From a bacterium (GTDB lineage: Bacteria; Zhuqueibacterota; Zhuqueibacteria; Residuimicrobiales; Krinioviventaceae), in contig OY843751.1 in assembly GCA_963693055.1 (NCBI GenBank), forward strand, positions 3,264,001-3,328,000: a stretch of DNA of 64,000 nucleotides, read 5' to 3'. A program made the translations under genes and the position numbers. Below, piece by piece: positions 51,719-60,443 of this stretch. Within the stretch, counting starts at the first letter, position 1; every line of letters starts with the position of its first letter. The notes under the pieces were generated by a model. That model searched no databases and was not told where the DNA came from. It saw nothing but the letters and a program-made list of their open reading frames with translations.

Positions 51719-53308
51719 TTAAGCCACAGCTTCCGGTTGTTTTACCAATTTTTCGAATTCAGGGCGGAAATGTTTCAGCGTTCCCAGAATAGGTACAGGA
51801 GCAGCCTGACCTAATCCACAGAACGCACCCTTCATCATGACTACTGCAAGTTCTTCAATCATATCGATGTCTTTGATCTCGCCTTTACCACTGCTCAATT
51901 TTTCAAGACGCTCCAATAAACGGCCTGTTCCTTCACGGCAAAGTGTACATTTACCACAAGATTCATGATTAAAGAATTCTACAAAATTGGTTACCAGATC
52001 AACAATTTCCTGATCTTCATCAACAACCAGTAAAGCACCTGAACCCAAACCTGAGCCAATTTCGCGCAAGTTTTCAACTGCCAATGGCAGGTCCAGATGT
52101 TCGGAGGTTAAAATACCACCAGTAGTTCCACCCATTTGGGCGAGTTTAAAGCCTTTACCATTGGGAATGCCCTGACCGATATCATAAATAATTTCTCGCA
52201 GGGTAATGCCCATGGGAACTTCAATAAGGCCGGGATTATTAATATTGCCAACCATGGTAAATACCTTAGTGCCCGGGCTTTTTTCGGTGCCCAGTGACTT
52301 GTACCACTCGGCGCCTTTTAAAACAATCTGAGGAATATTAGCAAGTGTTTCCACGTTATTTACGATTGTCGGTTTTCCCCACAGACCTTCGGAAGGTGGA
52401 AACGGTGGTTTATCACGTGGTTCTCCGCGTTTTCCTTCAATGGATTCTATCAATGCGGTCTCCTCACCACAGATATAAGCGCCGGCCCCTTCACGAATTT
52501 CAAGATCAAATGAAAAATCTGTACCAAACAGATTATCACCCAGTAATCCGTTTTCTTTAGCCTGATCGATAGCGCGCTGCATCCGATCGATGGACATGCG
52601 GTATTCACCACGAATATAAACATAACCTTTGGTTGCACCCACTGCAAAACCTGCAAGTGCCATTCCCTCAATAACTGCATGTGGATCGCCTTCAAGGATC
52701 AGACGGTCTTTAAATGTACCCGGCTCACCTTCGTCAGCATTACATACAATGTATTTTTGCTCAGCGGTTTCTTTGGCAGCAAAATCCCATTTCAAGCCAG
52801 TTGGGAAAAATGCACCACCACGTCCCTGCAGGCCGGATTCTTTAACGGTACTGCGTACAGCATCGGGGTCCATTTCGGTTAATGCTTTACCAAATGCTTC
52901 ATATCCGTCATGAGCAATGTATTCATCAATGTTATCAGGATCAATAACACCGGCATTTTTCAATACTACCCGTATTTGTTTTCCAAAACGAGGTGCAGGT
53001 ACACCTGCGGTCTCTGTTTCAGGAATATCAGTATATTGTAAACGATCAACTTTACGACCTTTGATCAGGTGTTCAGAGATGATTTCAGAAACATCTTCAA
53101 CCTTGACACCGGCATAATATACCGCGTCAGGGAAAACAACCATAACAACACCTTTATTATAAATTCCCAAACTACCAGTTTCAACAACACGGACTTCATC
53201 GGCAAGCGCTGCCATTTTCAGTTCGCGCTCCAATGCGTCTTTGACAGAACGGGCGCCCTGGGCAATTGTATGTCCATCCATTGCAATAAGTATGTGAATC
53301 CTATGCAT
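51719..53308 (-). CDS. hydB: NuoF-like diaphorase subunit (HndC/HydB), non-bifurcating type
   Basis: GRGGAFFP, ADEGEPGTFKD, GAGAYICGEET, MGGTTGG and ESCGKCTLCREG; lacks the C-terminal 2x[4Fe-4S] domain; N-terminal Trx-like domain has no Cys. Confidence 0.92.
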   Translation of the reverse strand: MHRIHILIAMDGHTIAQGARSVKDALERELKMAALADEVRVVETGSLGIYNKGVVMVVFPDAVYYAGVKVEDVSEIISEHLIKGRKVDRLQYTDIPETETAGVPAPRFGKQIRVVLKNAGVIDPDNIDEYIAHDGYEAFGKALTEMDPDAVRSTVKESGLQGRGGAFFPTGLKWDFAAKETAEQKYIVCNADEGEPGTFKDRLILEGDPHAVIEGMALAGFAVGATKGYVYIRGEYRMSIDRMQRAIDQAKENGLLGDNLFGTDFSFDLEIREGAGAYICGEETALIESIEGKRGEPRDKPPFPPSEGLWGKPTIVNNVETLANIPQIVLKGAEWYKSLGTEKSPGTKVFTMVGNINNPGLIEVPMGITLREIIYDIGQGIPNGKGFKLAQMGGTTGGILTSEHLDLPLAVENLREIGSGLGSGALLVVDEDQEIVDLVTNFVEFFNHESCGKCTLCREGTGRLLERLEKLSSGKGEIKDIDMIEELAVVMMKGAFCGLGQAAPVPILGTLKHFRPEFEKLVKQPEAVA

Positions 53309-53777
53309 TTGCCTGTCCTTTCATTTTATAGTCTTTTAATATTGCCACTGCTTTTTCCGGAGTAAGATTACCATAAACCTCATCATTGATCATCATAACC
53401 GGTGCAACCGCACAAAGTCCCAAACAGCTTGTAAATTCCAGAGTAAAAAGATTATCGGGAGTGGTTTCATTCATATCAAGACCCAGATATTCTTTAATTT
53501 TTTCCAGAACATCTTTGGAACCTTTAACATGGCAGGGTGCATTGTTGCAGCAACGTACAATATATTTACCTTTATCTTCTGTATTGAACAGACTATAAAA
53601 AGTAGCTACACCATAAATATCTGAAAGTGGTAATTTGGTAGCTTTTGCAACTTGAGTAAGTACGGGTTCAGAGAGGGAACCATACTCTTTTTGAACATCT
53701 TTTAAAATATAAATAAGTGGTGTTTTTGTGTCAGCATAATTTTTGACAATAACATCCACCTTGGTTAAATCTTGCAT
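53301..53777 (-). CDS. hydC: NuoE-like [2Fe-2S] subunit (HndA/HydC)
   Basis: GVATFYSLF, CCNNAPC and SCLGLCAVAP; SD GGAGG before ATG 53777. Confidence 0.93.
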   Translation of the reverse strand: MQDLTKVDVIVKNYADTKTPLIYILKDVQKEYGSLSEPVLTQVAKATKLPLSDIYGVATFYSLFNTEDKGKYIVRCCNNAPCHVKGSKDVLEKIKEYLGLDMNETTPDNLFTLEFTSCLGLCAVAPVMMINDEVYGNLTPEKAVAILKDYKMKGQANA

Positions 53778-53820
53778 TCTCAACCTCCATAGATTGATTT
53801 TCCAGCGTTGCGGGTATCGT

Positions 53821-54183
53821 CTAGTTTAAATTAAATACATATTCCGAAACTACAGTATTGTTCACAATATGTTCTGCAATAATTTTACGAGCTATTTCAG
53901 CATTTACTTTACCATATGTAACGGTAGGTTTGTCTGCCTGAGCAATCTGCAGCATGGGTTCATTATCACAGTAACCCAAACAACCTGTTTGTGTAACAAC
54001 AGCGTCTTTGATACCACGCTTTTCAATTTCATCTAAAATCGCTGACATTGTGTCACGTGAACCTGCGGCGATTCCGCATGTTCCCATGGAAACAATAATG
54101 CGATATTTTGCATCGCTTTCCCGTGCAGCCATCTGAGATTTTGCCTTCTCCTTGATAGCACGGAGATCTGCTAATGTTTTCAC
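53821..54183 (-). CDS. Thioredoxin-like [2Fe-2S] ferredoxin (HndB/HydD-like)
   Basis: SMGTCGIAAG and TGCLGYCDNEP; GTG start with SD AGGAGG. Confidence 0.9.
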   Translation of the reverse strand: MKTLADLRAIKEKAKSQMAARESDAKYRIIVSMGTCGIAAGSRDTMSAILDEIEKRGIKDAVVTQTGCLGYCDNEPMLQIAQADKPTVTYGKVNAEIARKIIAEHIVNNTVVSEYVFNLN

Positions 54184-54220
54184 TGCTTTACCTCCTGTTT
54201 GTTTTGTTTATGTTAAATAC

Positions 54221-54345
54221 GAATTAATTCTCATTCTTTTCCCGTTTCGTGTGAATTAATCCAGTTTACTTTCCCGAACAGTGTAACATTTTACTTTTTT
54301 TTTAGAATTGATTCTCTTTCTTTTCCCTAAAAATTGAATCAATTC
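54221..54345. repeat. Tandem imperfect repeat / paired inverted repeats upstream of hydrogenase module 1
   Basis: GAATTAATTCTCATTCTTTTCCC (54221) and GAATTGATTCTCTTTCTTTTCCC (54305), each followed 31-32 bp from its start by a complementary GAAT(T/C)AAT(C/T)C (54253, 54336). Confidence 0.7.
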
Positions 54346-54421
54346 CCTTTTATCTTACAGTGTTTATATTCATTTGTTCACTTTTTTTTACCATCTCCCT
54401 TACTATTTATTATTTACATTA

Positions 54422-54985
54422 TTAATCTAATAAAACTTTACTTTTCACTTGAATACGTTTCAATTCAGATTTGATATGTTTTTTTGCCGGAACAACCATA
54501 TCAAAAAAATCACAATCCTGTTCTGCCATTCTTGCCAAAAGCCAGTATGAATCAAAACATAAAAGTCCCTTGTCCGTACGATGAAGGTAGCAAAAATGCA
54601 CATCAACCGCACCCATTACCAGGTTTACAACTGTACCGGCAATATCTCCCAAAGGTGCCAGGTTTAAGCTATTGAGTTTGAAATCAGCGGTAACAGTTGT
54701 GCCTTTACCCAATTTCGATTTCAAAACCATGCGCCCACCGGCTTCATTTGCTGCCTGGTTCCAGAATGGTAATCCCATTCCTACTGAACGTGTGGTTCTT
54801 GAGGTAACAAAGGGATCAATAACTCTGGCCTGAGTAACGTCATCCATACCTCTGCCATTATCACGTATTGTAACCGCGAGCCTGTTTTGTTTTTGAGATT
54901 CATCAATAAACAAAATCACGCGTGAAGCCTCTGCTTCAATGGAATTTGTAACAATATCCAAAATATTTAATGATAATTCACGCAT
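54422..54985 (-). CDS. Stand-alone HATPase_c (GHKL kinase-like) protein, hydrogenase-associated
   Basis: MRELSLNILDIVTNSIEA, DNGRGM, DPFVTSRTTRSVGMGL and PLGDI; no HisKA. Confidence 0.88.
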   Translation of the reverse strand: MRELSLNILDIVTNSIEAEASRVILFIDESQKQNRLAVTIRDNGRGMDDVTQARVIDPFVTSRTTRSVGMGLPFWNQAANEAGGRMVLKSKLGKGTTVTADFKLNSLNLAPLGDIAGTVVNLVMGAVDVHFCYLHRTDKGLLCFDSYWLLARMAEQDCDFFDMVVPAKKHIKSELKRIQVKSKVLLD

Positions 54986-55747
54986 CTAGCTCATCTCCTC
55001 CGGGAGTTCAAGAGAGGTTTTACGTCCATCTTGCTTTTTGAGTGCTTTACGGATCTCTTCAAAATCCGGTTTTTCGATATAAAACCAGGTATATTTTGAA
55101 CCCAACATACTTATATCGTGGGCATCAGAAGCTGTAATGATACTTTTGGTAGTATTGAGTAAAAAACGATGATTTTTTGAAACATTCTCAAATGGTTGTG
55201 CAATTTCAAGCGCATCGAAAGGCAAGTTGTCGGGAATGAATCCCAAAGAGCGTAACAAACTGTATGATTTCCTATCAATATGCGCAGGATAAATGATACC
55301 ATTCAAATCTACAACCGTACTGGCAACTTTGTAAATATTCAGGCTTACCGGCAGAGCAAACATACGTTTACTTTCCTCAATAATATTTTCCTGAAAATCG
55401 CAAACATATTGTGGACCAAACATGGATGCATCATATTCACCAGGCATCAAATGTTCATATATATAGTTTTGGAAATGCCCGGCAGCATCCAGGTCTGGAA
55501 ATAAACATATAGAGTGCGCATCTTCACGTGTATAGACTTCCATACCAGGAATGACAAAGAGTTTTTTATTTTCAGCGGCCTTAACAACAGCCTGTGTATT
55601 TTCTGCAGAGTTGTGATCCGTAATTGCCAGGATATCCAGTTCATGTTGCAGGGCTGTTTTAACAATATCAACTGGCCCCATTGTCAATTCAGCACAAGGC
55701 GAAAGGACCGTATGAACATGCAAATCCGCTTTGTACCATTGCAGCAT
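54986..55747 (-). CDS. PHP-domain phosphoesterase
   Basis: DLHVHTVLSPC, AITDHN, PAHIDR and SDAH. Confidence 0.92.
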   Translation of the reverse strand: MLQWYKADLHVHTVLSPCAELTMGPVDIVKTALQHELDILAITDHNSAENTQAVVKAAENKKLFVIPGMEVYTREDAHSICLFPDLDAAGHFQNYIYEHLMPGEYDASMFGPQYVCDFQENIIEESKRMFALPVSLNIYKVASTVVDLNGIIYPAHIDRKSYSLLRSLGFIPDNLPFDALEIAQPFENVSKNHRFLLNTTKSIITASDAHDISMLGSKYTWFYIEKPDFEEIRKALKKQDGRKTSLELPEEMS

Positions 55748-55751
55748 TCAC

Positions 55752-56093
55752 CTATCTCCCCCGTAAACCAAAATCGTAAAGTTGGCCTGCGACATCAAAG
55801 GCAGACAGGGTTGTGCTGAAAACAGGTATATTTTTTTCATTGGCTTTTTCAAGGGCTGAATCGTCAGGAACCAATCCTTCGGGAAAGATAACTCCGGCAA
55901 GAGACTTGAAAAATACAATGGCAATAACGTTTTCATGTGTTTGATTGGTGATCCACAATGACCCTTTTAATGCATTGGCCATTGCATCACTAAGGATATC
56001 AGACAAGTAACCAAAATCTACTTCTTTGTTCAGATTTTGTTCACCGCTGAGAACTTTTAAATCTAACTTTTTTACAATCTCTTGCAACACCAT
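55752..56093 (-). CDS. DRTGG-domain protein (HPr kinase N-terminal-like)
   Basis: EIVKKLDL, GYLSDILSDAM and LWITNQTHENVIA. Confidence 0.85.
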   Translation of the reverse strand: MVLQEIVKKLDLKVLSGEQNLNKEVDFGYLSDILSDAMANALKGSLWITNQTHENVIAIVFFKSLAGVIFPEGLVPDDSALEKANEKNIPVFSTTLSAFDVAGQLYDFGLRGR

Positions 56094-56135
56094 GGGATCT
56101 CCCTTCCTCCAAAAAATTCGAACCCATATTATGAA

Positions 56136-57614
56136 TTATTCCATTTTTGAAGCCGGCAGGAACACTGAAAAAGTTGTTCCTTTTTCATACTCGCTTTCAA
56201 TTTCGATCTTGCCGGCATATGCATCTACAATTTTTTTAACAATTGTTAGACCCAATCCGGTACCGGTTATTTCTCGGGTGTGTTCATTCTTGGCCCTGAA
56301 AAAATCTTCAAACAAGCGTTCTTTATCTTCAGGACGCATCCCTATTCCGGTATCGGTAACATCAATTCGAATATAATGACCGTTACGACTGCCGTTTATG
56401 GTTATGGAACCGTTATCACGATTGTATTGAATTGCATTGGATATGACTTGAGTAAATAAACGTTGAAGATCTATCTGGTCAGCATCTACAAACAAATGTT
56501 CAGTAACGCTAATACGAACTTCTAGATTGTGTTCCTTGATGTCATTTTTCATGAAATTGAGTCGTTCTGACAATAGCTCTGAAATATCCTGTCTGTTTAT
56601 TTCGCGTCTTACCTTGCCAGCTTCCAGACGGGTGACATTTAGCAAATCATTGATCAGATTGACAAGTGACTTTGTACGATCTAATGATCTCTTTAAATAA
56701 TTCTCATACAAGTCCGGATCATCGCCCAGAGTCTTGTCTACAACCAGCTCAAGATAGCCTTGTACAGCAGACAATGGTGATTTTAATTCATGTGCAGCCA
56801 TATCTACAAATTGAGAGCGCATGATATCAATTTTTTTCAATTCTGAAATATCACGCAAGACAGACACAACGCCCAACAATTCACCCTTGTCTATGATAGG
56901 TGTTGTATTGGCCATTATCACCAGTTTTGCCGGCGGATGTATAATGATCTCTTGCTGTATCGCTTTAACCTGTTCTTTTTTGCTAAAAATCTCTCGCAGC
57001 TGTTTGTTCAACTCGTCTGGCAGAAACTGCCAAACTTTGTCACCAATTTCAATCTTGCTTTCAACGTTTAATAATTTTATAAACCCGGGATTAAAAAGTA
57101 CAACCTGCCCTTCCTGGTTAATAACCATAATACCATCATCCAAAGAATTGATAATGGTGCGCATGCGCGATTGCTCATGAGCAACCTGCAGCAATCTTCT
57201 TTCCTGCTCTTCACGTAATCTTCTGGCTTCTAAAATATACCAGCGACGTTCAAGAGCACGGTTTACCAGGATTTGCAGTTCATCTGGTTCAAAAGGTTTG
57301 GGTATATACTGGTAGGCACCCAGTCGTGTGGTTTCCACAGCAGTTTCAATAGATGCATATGCAGTAACAATCACACAAATGGCTTCGGGATATACCAGCT
57401 TGATCTCACGTAATACCTGCGTGCCCTCCACATCCGGCATACGTAAATCAATAAAGTACAGATCATACTCGTTGGCAATACCCTTTTCAATACCTTCTGT
57501 ACCGTTTGAGGCCGTATCTACATTATGACCGTACAACTCGAGGATGCGTCTAATGCCTTCACGCATCCCCAATTCATCATCTACGACCAGTATTTTACCT
57601 TGTTCAATCCTCAA
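56136..57614 (-). CDS. Hybrid REC-PAS-histidine kinase
   Basis: ILVVDDE..IDLRMP..YIPKPF; PAS (SLDDGIMVINQEG); AAHELKSPL; DTGIGM and GTGLGL. Confidence 0.93.
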   Translation of the reverse strand: MRIEQGKILVVDDELGMREGIRRILELYGHNVDTASNGTEGIEKGIANEYDLYFIDLRMPDVEGTQVLREIKLVYPEAICVIVTAYASIETAVETTRLGAYQYIPKPFEPDELQILVNRALERRWYILEARRLREEQERRLLQVAHEQSRMRTIINSLDDGIMVINQEGQVVLFNPGFIKLLNVESKIEIGDKVWQFLPDELNKQLREIFSKKEQVKAIQQEIIIHPPAKLVIMANTTPIIDKGELLGVVSVLRDISELKKIDIMRSQFVDMAAHELKSPLSAVQGYLELVVDKTLGDDPDLYENYLKRSLDRTKSLVNLINDLLNVTRLEAGKVRREINRQDISELLSERLNFMKNDIKEHNLEVRISVTEHLFVDADQIDLQRLFTQVISNAIQYNRDNGSITINGSRNGHYIRIDVTDTGIGMRPEDKERLFEDFFRAKNEHTREITGTGLGLTIVKKIVDAYAGKIEIESEYEKGTTFSVFLPASKME

Positions 57615-58008
57615 GTTCTTTAAATATCTTTTCGCTTAAATATTGTACCAAATCTCTGGGAGAAATGGGTTTTTCCAAATAATCATCTGCCTTGATCCAG
57701 TTTTTTTCTTCATCTGTATCGGTAGAAAAACGGATACCGGTATCGTGACCGGCTGAAGTCATGATGATTACACGAACGTTTTCAGTATTGGGCTGTTGTT
57801 TGATTCTGTGGCAAAGTACAAAACCAGAATCAAAATGCTCCATTGCAAGGTCAACAACAACAACAGGCGGATTAAATGCTTTGAATTTTTCCAAACCTTC
57901 CACACTGTCATATGCAGTTTCTACAGTATAGCCTTCTTTTTCTAAAACGGGTTTATAAATATTGATCAAATCTGTATCGTCATCAACCATTAAAATCTTT
58001 TTATCCAT
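57604..58008 (-). CDS. Single-domain response regulator
   Basis: ILMVDDD, VVDLAME and YLEKP; no output domain. Confidence 0.92.
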   Translation of the reverse strand: MDKKILMVDDDTDLINIYKPVLEKEGYTVETAYDSVEGLEKFKAFNPPVVVVDLAMEHFDSGFVLCHRIKQQPNTENVRVIIMTSAGHDTGIRFSTDTDEEKNWIKADDYLEKPISPRDLVQYLSEKIFKELED

Positions 58009-58022
58009 GCGAACATTTTCCT

Positions 58023-58415
58023 TTAATTCTTGGTTTTCAACATTTCAATTACTTTATCATACAACTGTGTATGTGTAACGGGTTTTTCCATAAAGTCATC
58101 TACCGGGTTCCAATTATCATCCGGGCCAATGGTGAGATTAAAATTGTGTTCCTGATTGACACTGGTCATCATCAGGATCAATGTATCGTTAATAGCATCA
58201 TCTTTACGAATCTCACGGGCAACTTCAAAGCCTTCACCCACTTCGGTCATCATGACATCGAGTATTACCAAATCCGGTTTTTCGGATCTAACCAGTTTCA
58301 GTCCATCTGAACCGTTATAGGCCTTGCATACATGAAAACCCTTTGATGTAAAAAAGGCACGGTTCATTTCGACTAGATCAACATCATCATCAATTATTAA
58401 TAATTTATAACTCAT
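58023..58415 (-). CDS. Single-domain response regulator
   Basis: LLIIDDD, ILDVMM and FMEKP; no output domain. Confidence 0.92.
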   Translation of the reverse strand: MSYKLLIIDDDVDLVEMNRAFFTSKGFHVCKAYNGSDGLKLVRSEKPDLVILDVMMTEVGEGFEVAREIRKDDAINDTLILMMTSVNQEHNFNLTIGPDDNWNPVDDFMEKPVTHTQLYDKVIEMLKTKN

Positions 58416-58429
58416 CTTTCCTCTAGAGT

Positions 58430-60442
58430 TTATTGACCTGTTACCGCTTGAACAGTTTCAAGTGCCATTGGTAAATCAATTAAAAAATTGGTTCCATAAC
58501 CGGGTGTGCTCTGCACTTTAATATTACCCTTGTGCATTTTCAAAATTCCATAAGCTATAGGAAGACCTAAACCGGTTCCTTTGCCAATTTGCTTGGTCGT
58601 AAAAAAGGGTGTAAACAGTTTTGCAACATTTTCCTGAGCTATTCCAACTCCAGTGTCTTTAAATTCAAGGCATACACGACTTGCTTCATAATCTGTATTT
58701 GCCGAGATTGTTAACACACCACCATCGGGCATAGCTTCTGCGGCGTTTATTGCAAGATTTAAAAAGACCTGGTAAATCTGATCTCCATCAATATCAACCA
58801 GTGGCAGATTCGGATCAAAATTCACTTTAATCTCTATATTTTGAAATAATTGTTGTTTCTCTATTACAGAAATCATCTTGCCAATTAATTCGGAAAGGTT
58901 ATGCTTTTTCAGCTTTAACTTTCCTTGTCTGGAAAAGTTTAACAATCCGGAAACAATTTTTTGACAGCGTTTTGTCTCTTCCATAATAAACCGCATGTCT
59001 TTGGCCTGAGGATCAGTATCTTCCATTTTTTGCAAAACCAGATGCGCGTAAAGTAAAATGGATCCCAAGGGATTGTTTACTTCGTGAGCCACACCTGCTG
59101 CAAGCTGACCAATGGATGCCAACTTTTCATGCTGGATGAGTTGTTCCTGCGTTTCAGCGAGTTGTTCCAATGAATTTTTCAACTCTTGCTGCATACGCTG
59201 CTGTTTTTCAATAATAAACGGCAAACACATGGCATCTTCTGCAATCCCTTGATAAACAGCAATGGCGTATTCTCTACAACTATCATAACCACAGGATCTG
59301 CAATTGAGCTCGTCAGACGGATCAAATTTTTCAATCTTTTCCAGAATTGAGCGAATCTCTTTGTCCGAGGGTAATGGCATTTTGCATGGTCGTGCTTTAA
59401 ACGTTCTAAACACATCCACATCACGACATTGCTCAAGAGTACTTTTCCATGACATATAATTGGTAGATTGCCGGTGTGATGCTGTATACTGAACAATTTT
59501 TTGTTTTCGTGTAAAATAATTGACCGACTTGTTCATAAAGGGTCCATTTATACACCCTTCACAAAACAACACATCAACCAGACTGGCTTTGATTTCTTGG
59601 TTTTTAAGACAATCAAACAGTTTGAGAATTTGTTGCTTACCTTCGGTCAAAATGACTTCCTTGTTCATAATATCAAGCGGTAAACCAGCGCTGCGCAAAA
59701 AACCTCCGGAAATGGGATACAAACTGCCCAAATACGGATGCGGCGGATCGAAATCCTTCCAAGTACAATTCTCAGGATCAACACCCAGTTTTCTCCAAAG
59801 TTCTTCCAGTTCCTGAAAGGTCAAAACTTCGTCTACTGCATCTTTAACTTCGGCATCTCGTATTTCTGTTTTTTTCGCAGTACAGGGGCCAATAAATACC
59901 GTTTTTACATTGGCACCATATATTTTTTTTACAACCCTGCCCATAGCAATCATGGGTGATACTACCGGGGCAAGGTCGTTAATTAATTCGGGTACATACA
60001 TTTGAATATATGAAAAAATTGCAGGACAAGAGCTTGTTATAAAGGGCCTTTCTTTCTGGTTATTTTTTTCATTAACCAGGTTTAAATAAGCGCGATTTAT
60101 AAGATCAGCGCCAAAGGCCACTTCAACAACATGAGAAAAACCACAAGCGCGTAACGCACCTACCAGCTTGCCGGTTTCCATTTTAGGGTATGCCGCAGGA
60201 AACGATGGCGCCAGCATGGCTACTGTATTCTCTTGCTTGAGTAATTCCAAAGCATTGTCAACTCCATCCAGAACTGCTTTTGCCTTTTGTGTACAAACAG
60301 TAACACAATGACCACAGCTAAGACAGCGTTCTACAATGACTTTGGCTTGCCCGTTTTCAACCTTGATTGCTTTTGCCGGGCATTCCCGAATACAGGAATA
60401 ACAGCGCTTGCATTTTTCTTCTATTGTCCAAACAACTGGCAT
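58430..60442 (-). CDS. hydS: Sensory [FeFe]-hydrogenase (group C, HydS) fused to histidine kinase
   Basis: 2x[4Fe-4S] N-terminus; altered H-cluster motifs TSSCP, GPCTAKKTE and DVLFCEGCING; FeS domain CRSCGYDSC..C; HisKA AHEVNNPL; FTTKQIGKGTGLGL. Confidence 0.9.
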   Translation of the reverse strand: MPVVWTIEEKCKRCYSCIRECPAKAIKVENGQAKVIVERCLSCGHCVTVCTQKAKAVLDGVDNALELLKQENTVAMLAPSFPAAYPKMETGKLVGALRACGFSHVVEVAFGADLINRAYLNLVNEKNNQKERPFITSSCPAIFSYIQMYVPELINDLAPVVSPMIAMGRVVKKIYGANVKTVFIGPCTAKKTEIRDAEVKDAVDEVLTFQELEELWRKLGVDPENCTWKDFDPPHPYLGSLYPISGGFLRSAGLPLDIMNKEVILTEGKQQILKLFDCLKNQEIKASLVDVLFCEGCINGPFMNKSVNYFTRKQKIVQYTASHRQSTNYMSWKSTLEQCRDVDVFRTFKARPCKMPLPSDKEIRSILEKIEKFDPSDELNCRSCGYDSCREYAIAVYQGIAEDAMCLPFIIEKQQRMQQELKNSLEQLAETQEQLIQHEKLASIGQLAAGVAHEVNNPLGSILLYAHLVLQKMEDTDPQAKDMRFIMEETKRCQKIVSGLLNFSRQGKLKLKKHNLSELIGKMISVIEKQQLFQNIEIKVNFDPNLPLVDIDGDQIYQVFLNLAINAAEAMPDGGVLTISANTDYEASRVCLEFKDTGVGIAQENVAKLFTPFFTTKQIGKGTGLGLPIAYGILKMHKGNIKVQSTPGYGTNFLIDLPMALETVQAVTGQ

Positions 60443-60443
60443 A

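Noticed and set aside
51719-53777. Respiratory complex I nuoEF
   Set aside because: No membrane nuo genes; directly coupled to an H-cluster HydA.
54374-54393. Possible Rex operator TTGTTCAC...ACCA
   Set aside because: Spacing and right half do not fit TTGTGAA-N4-TTCACAA.
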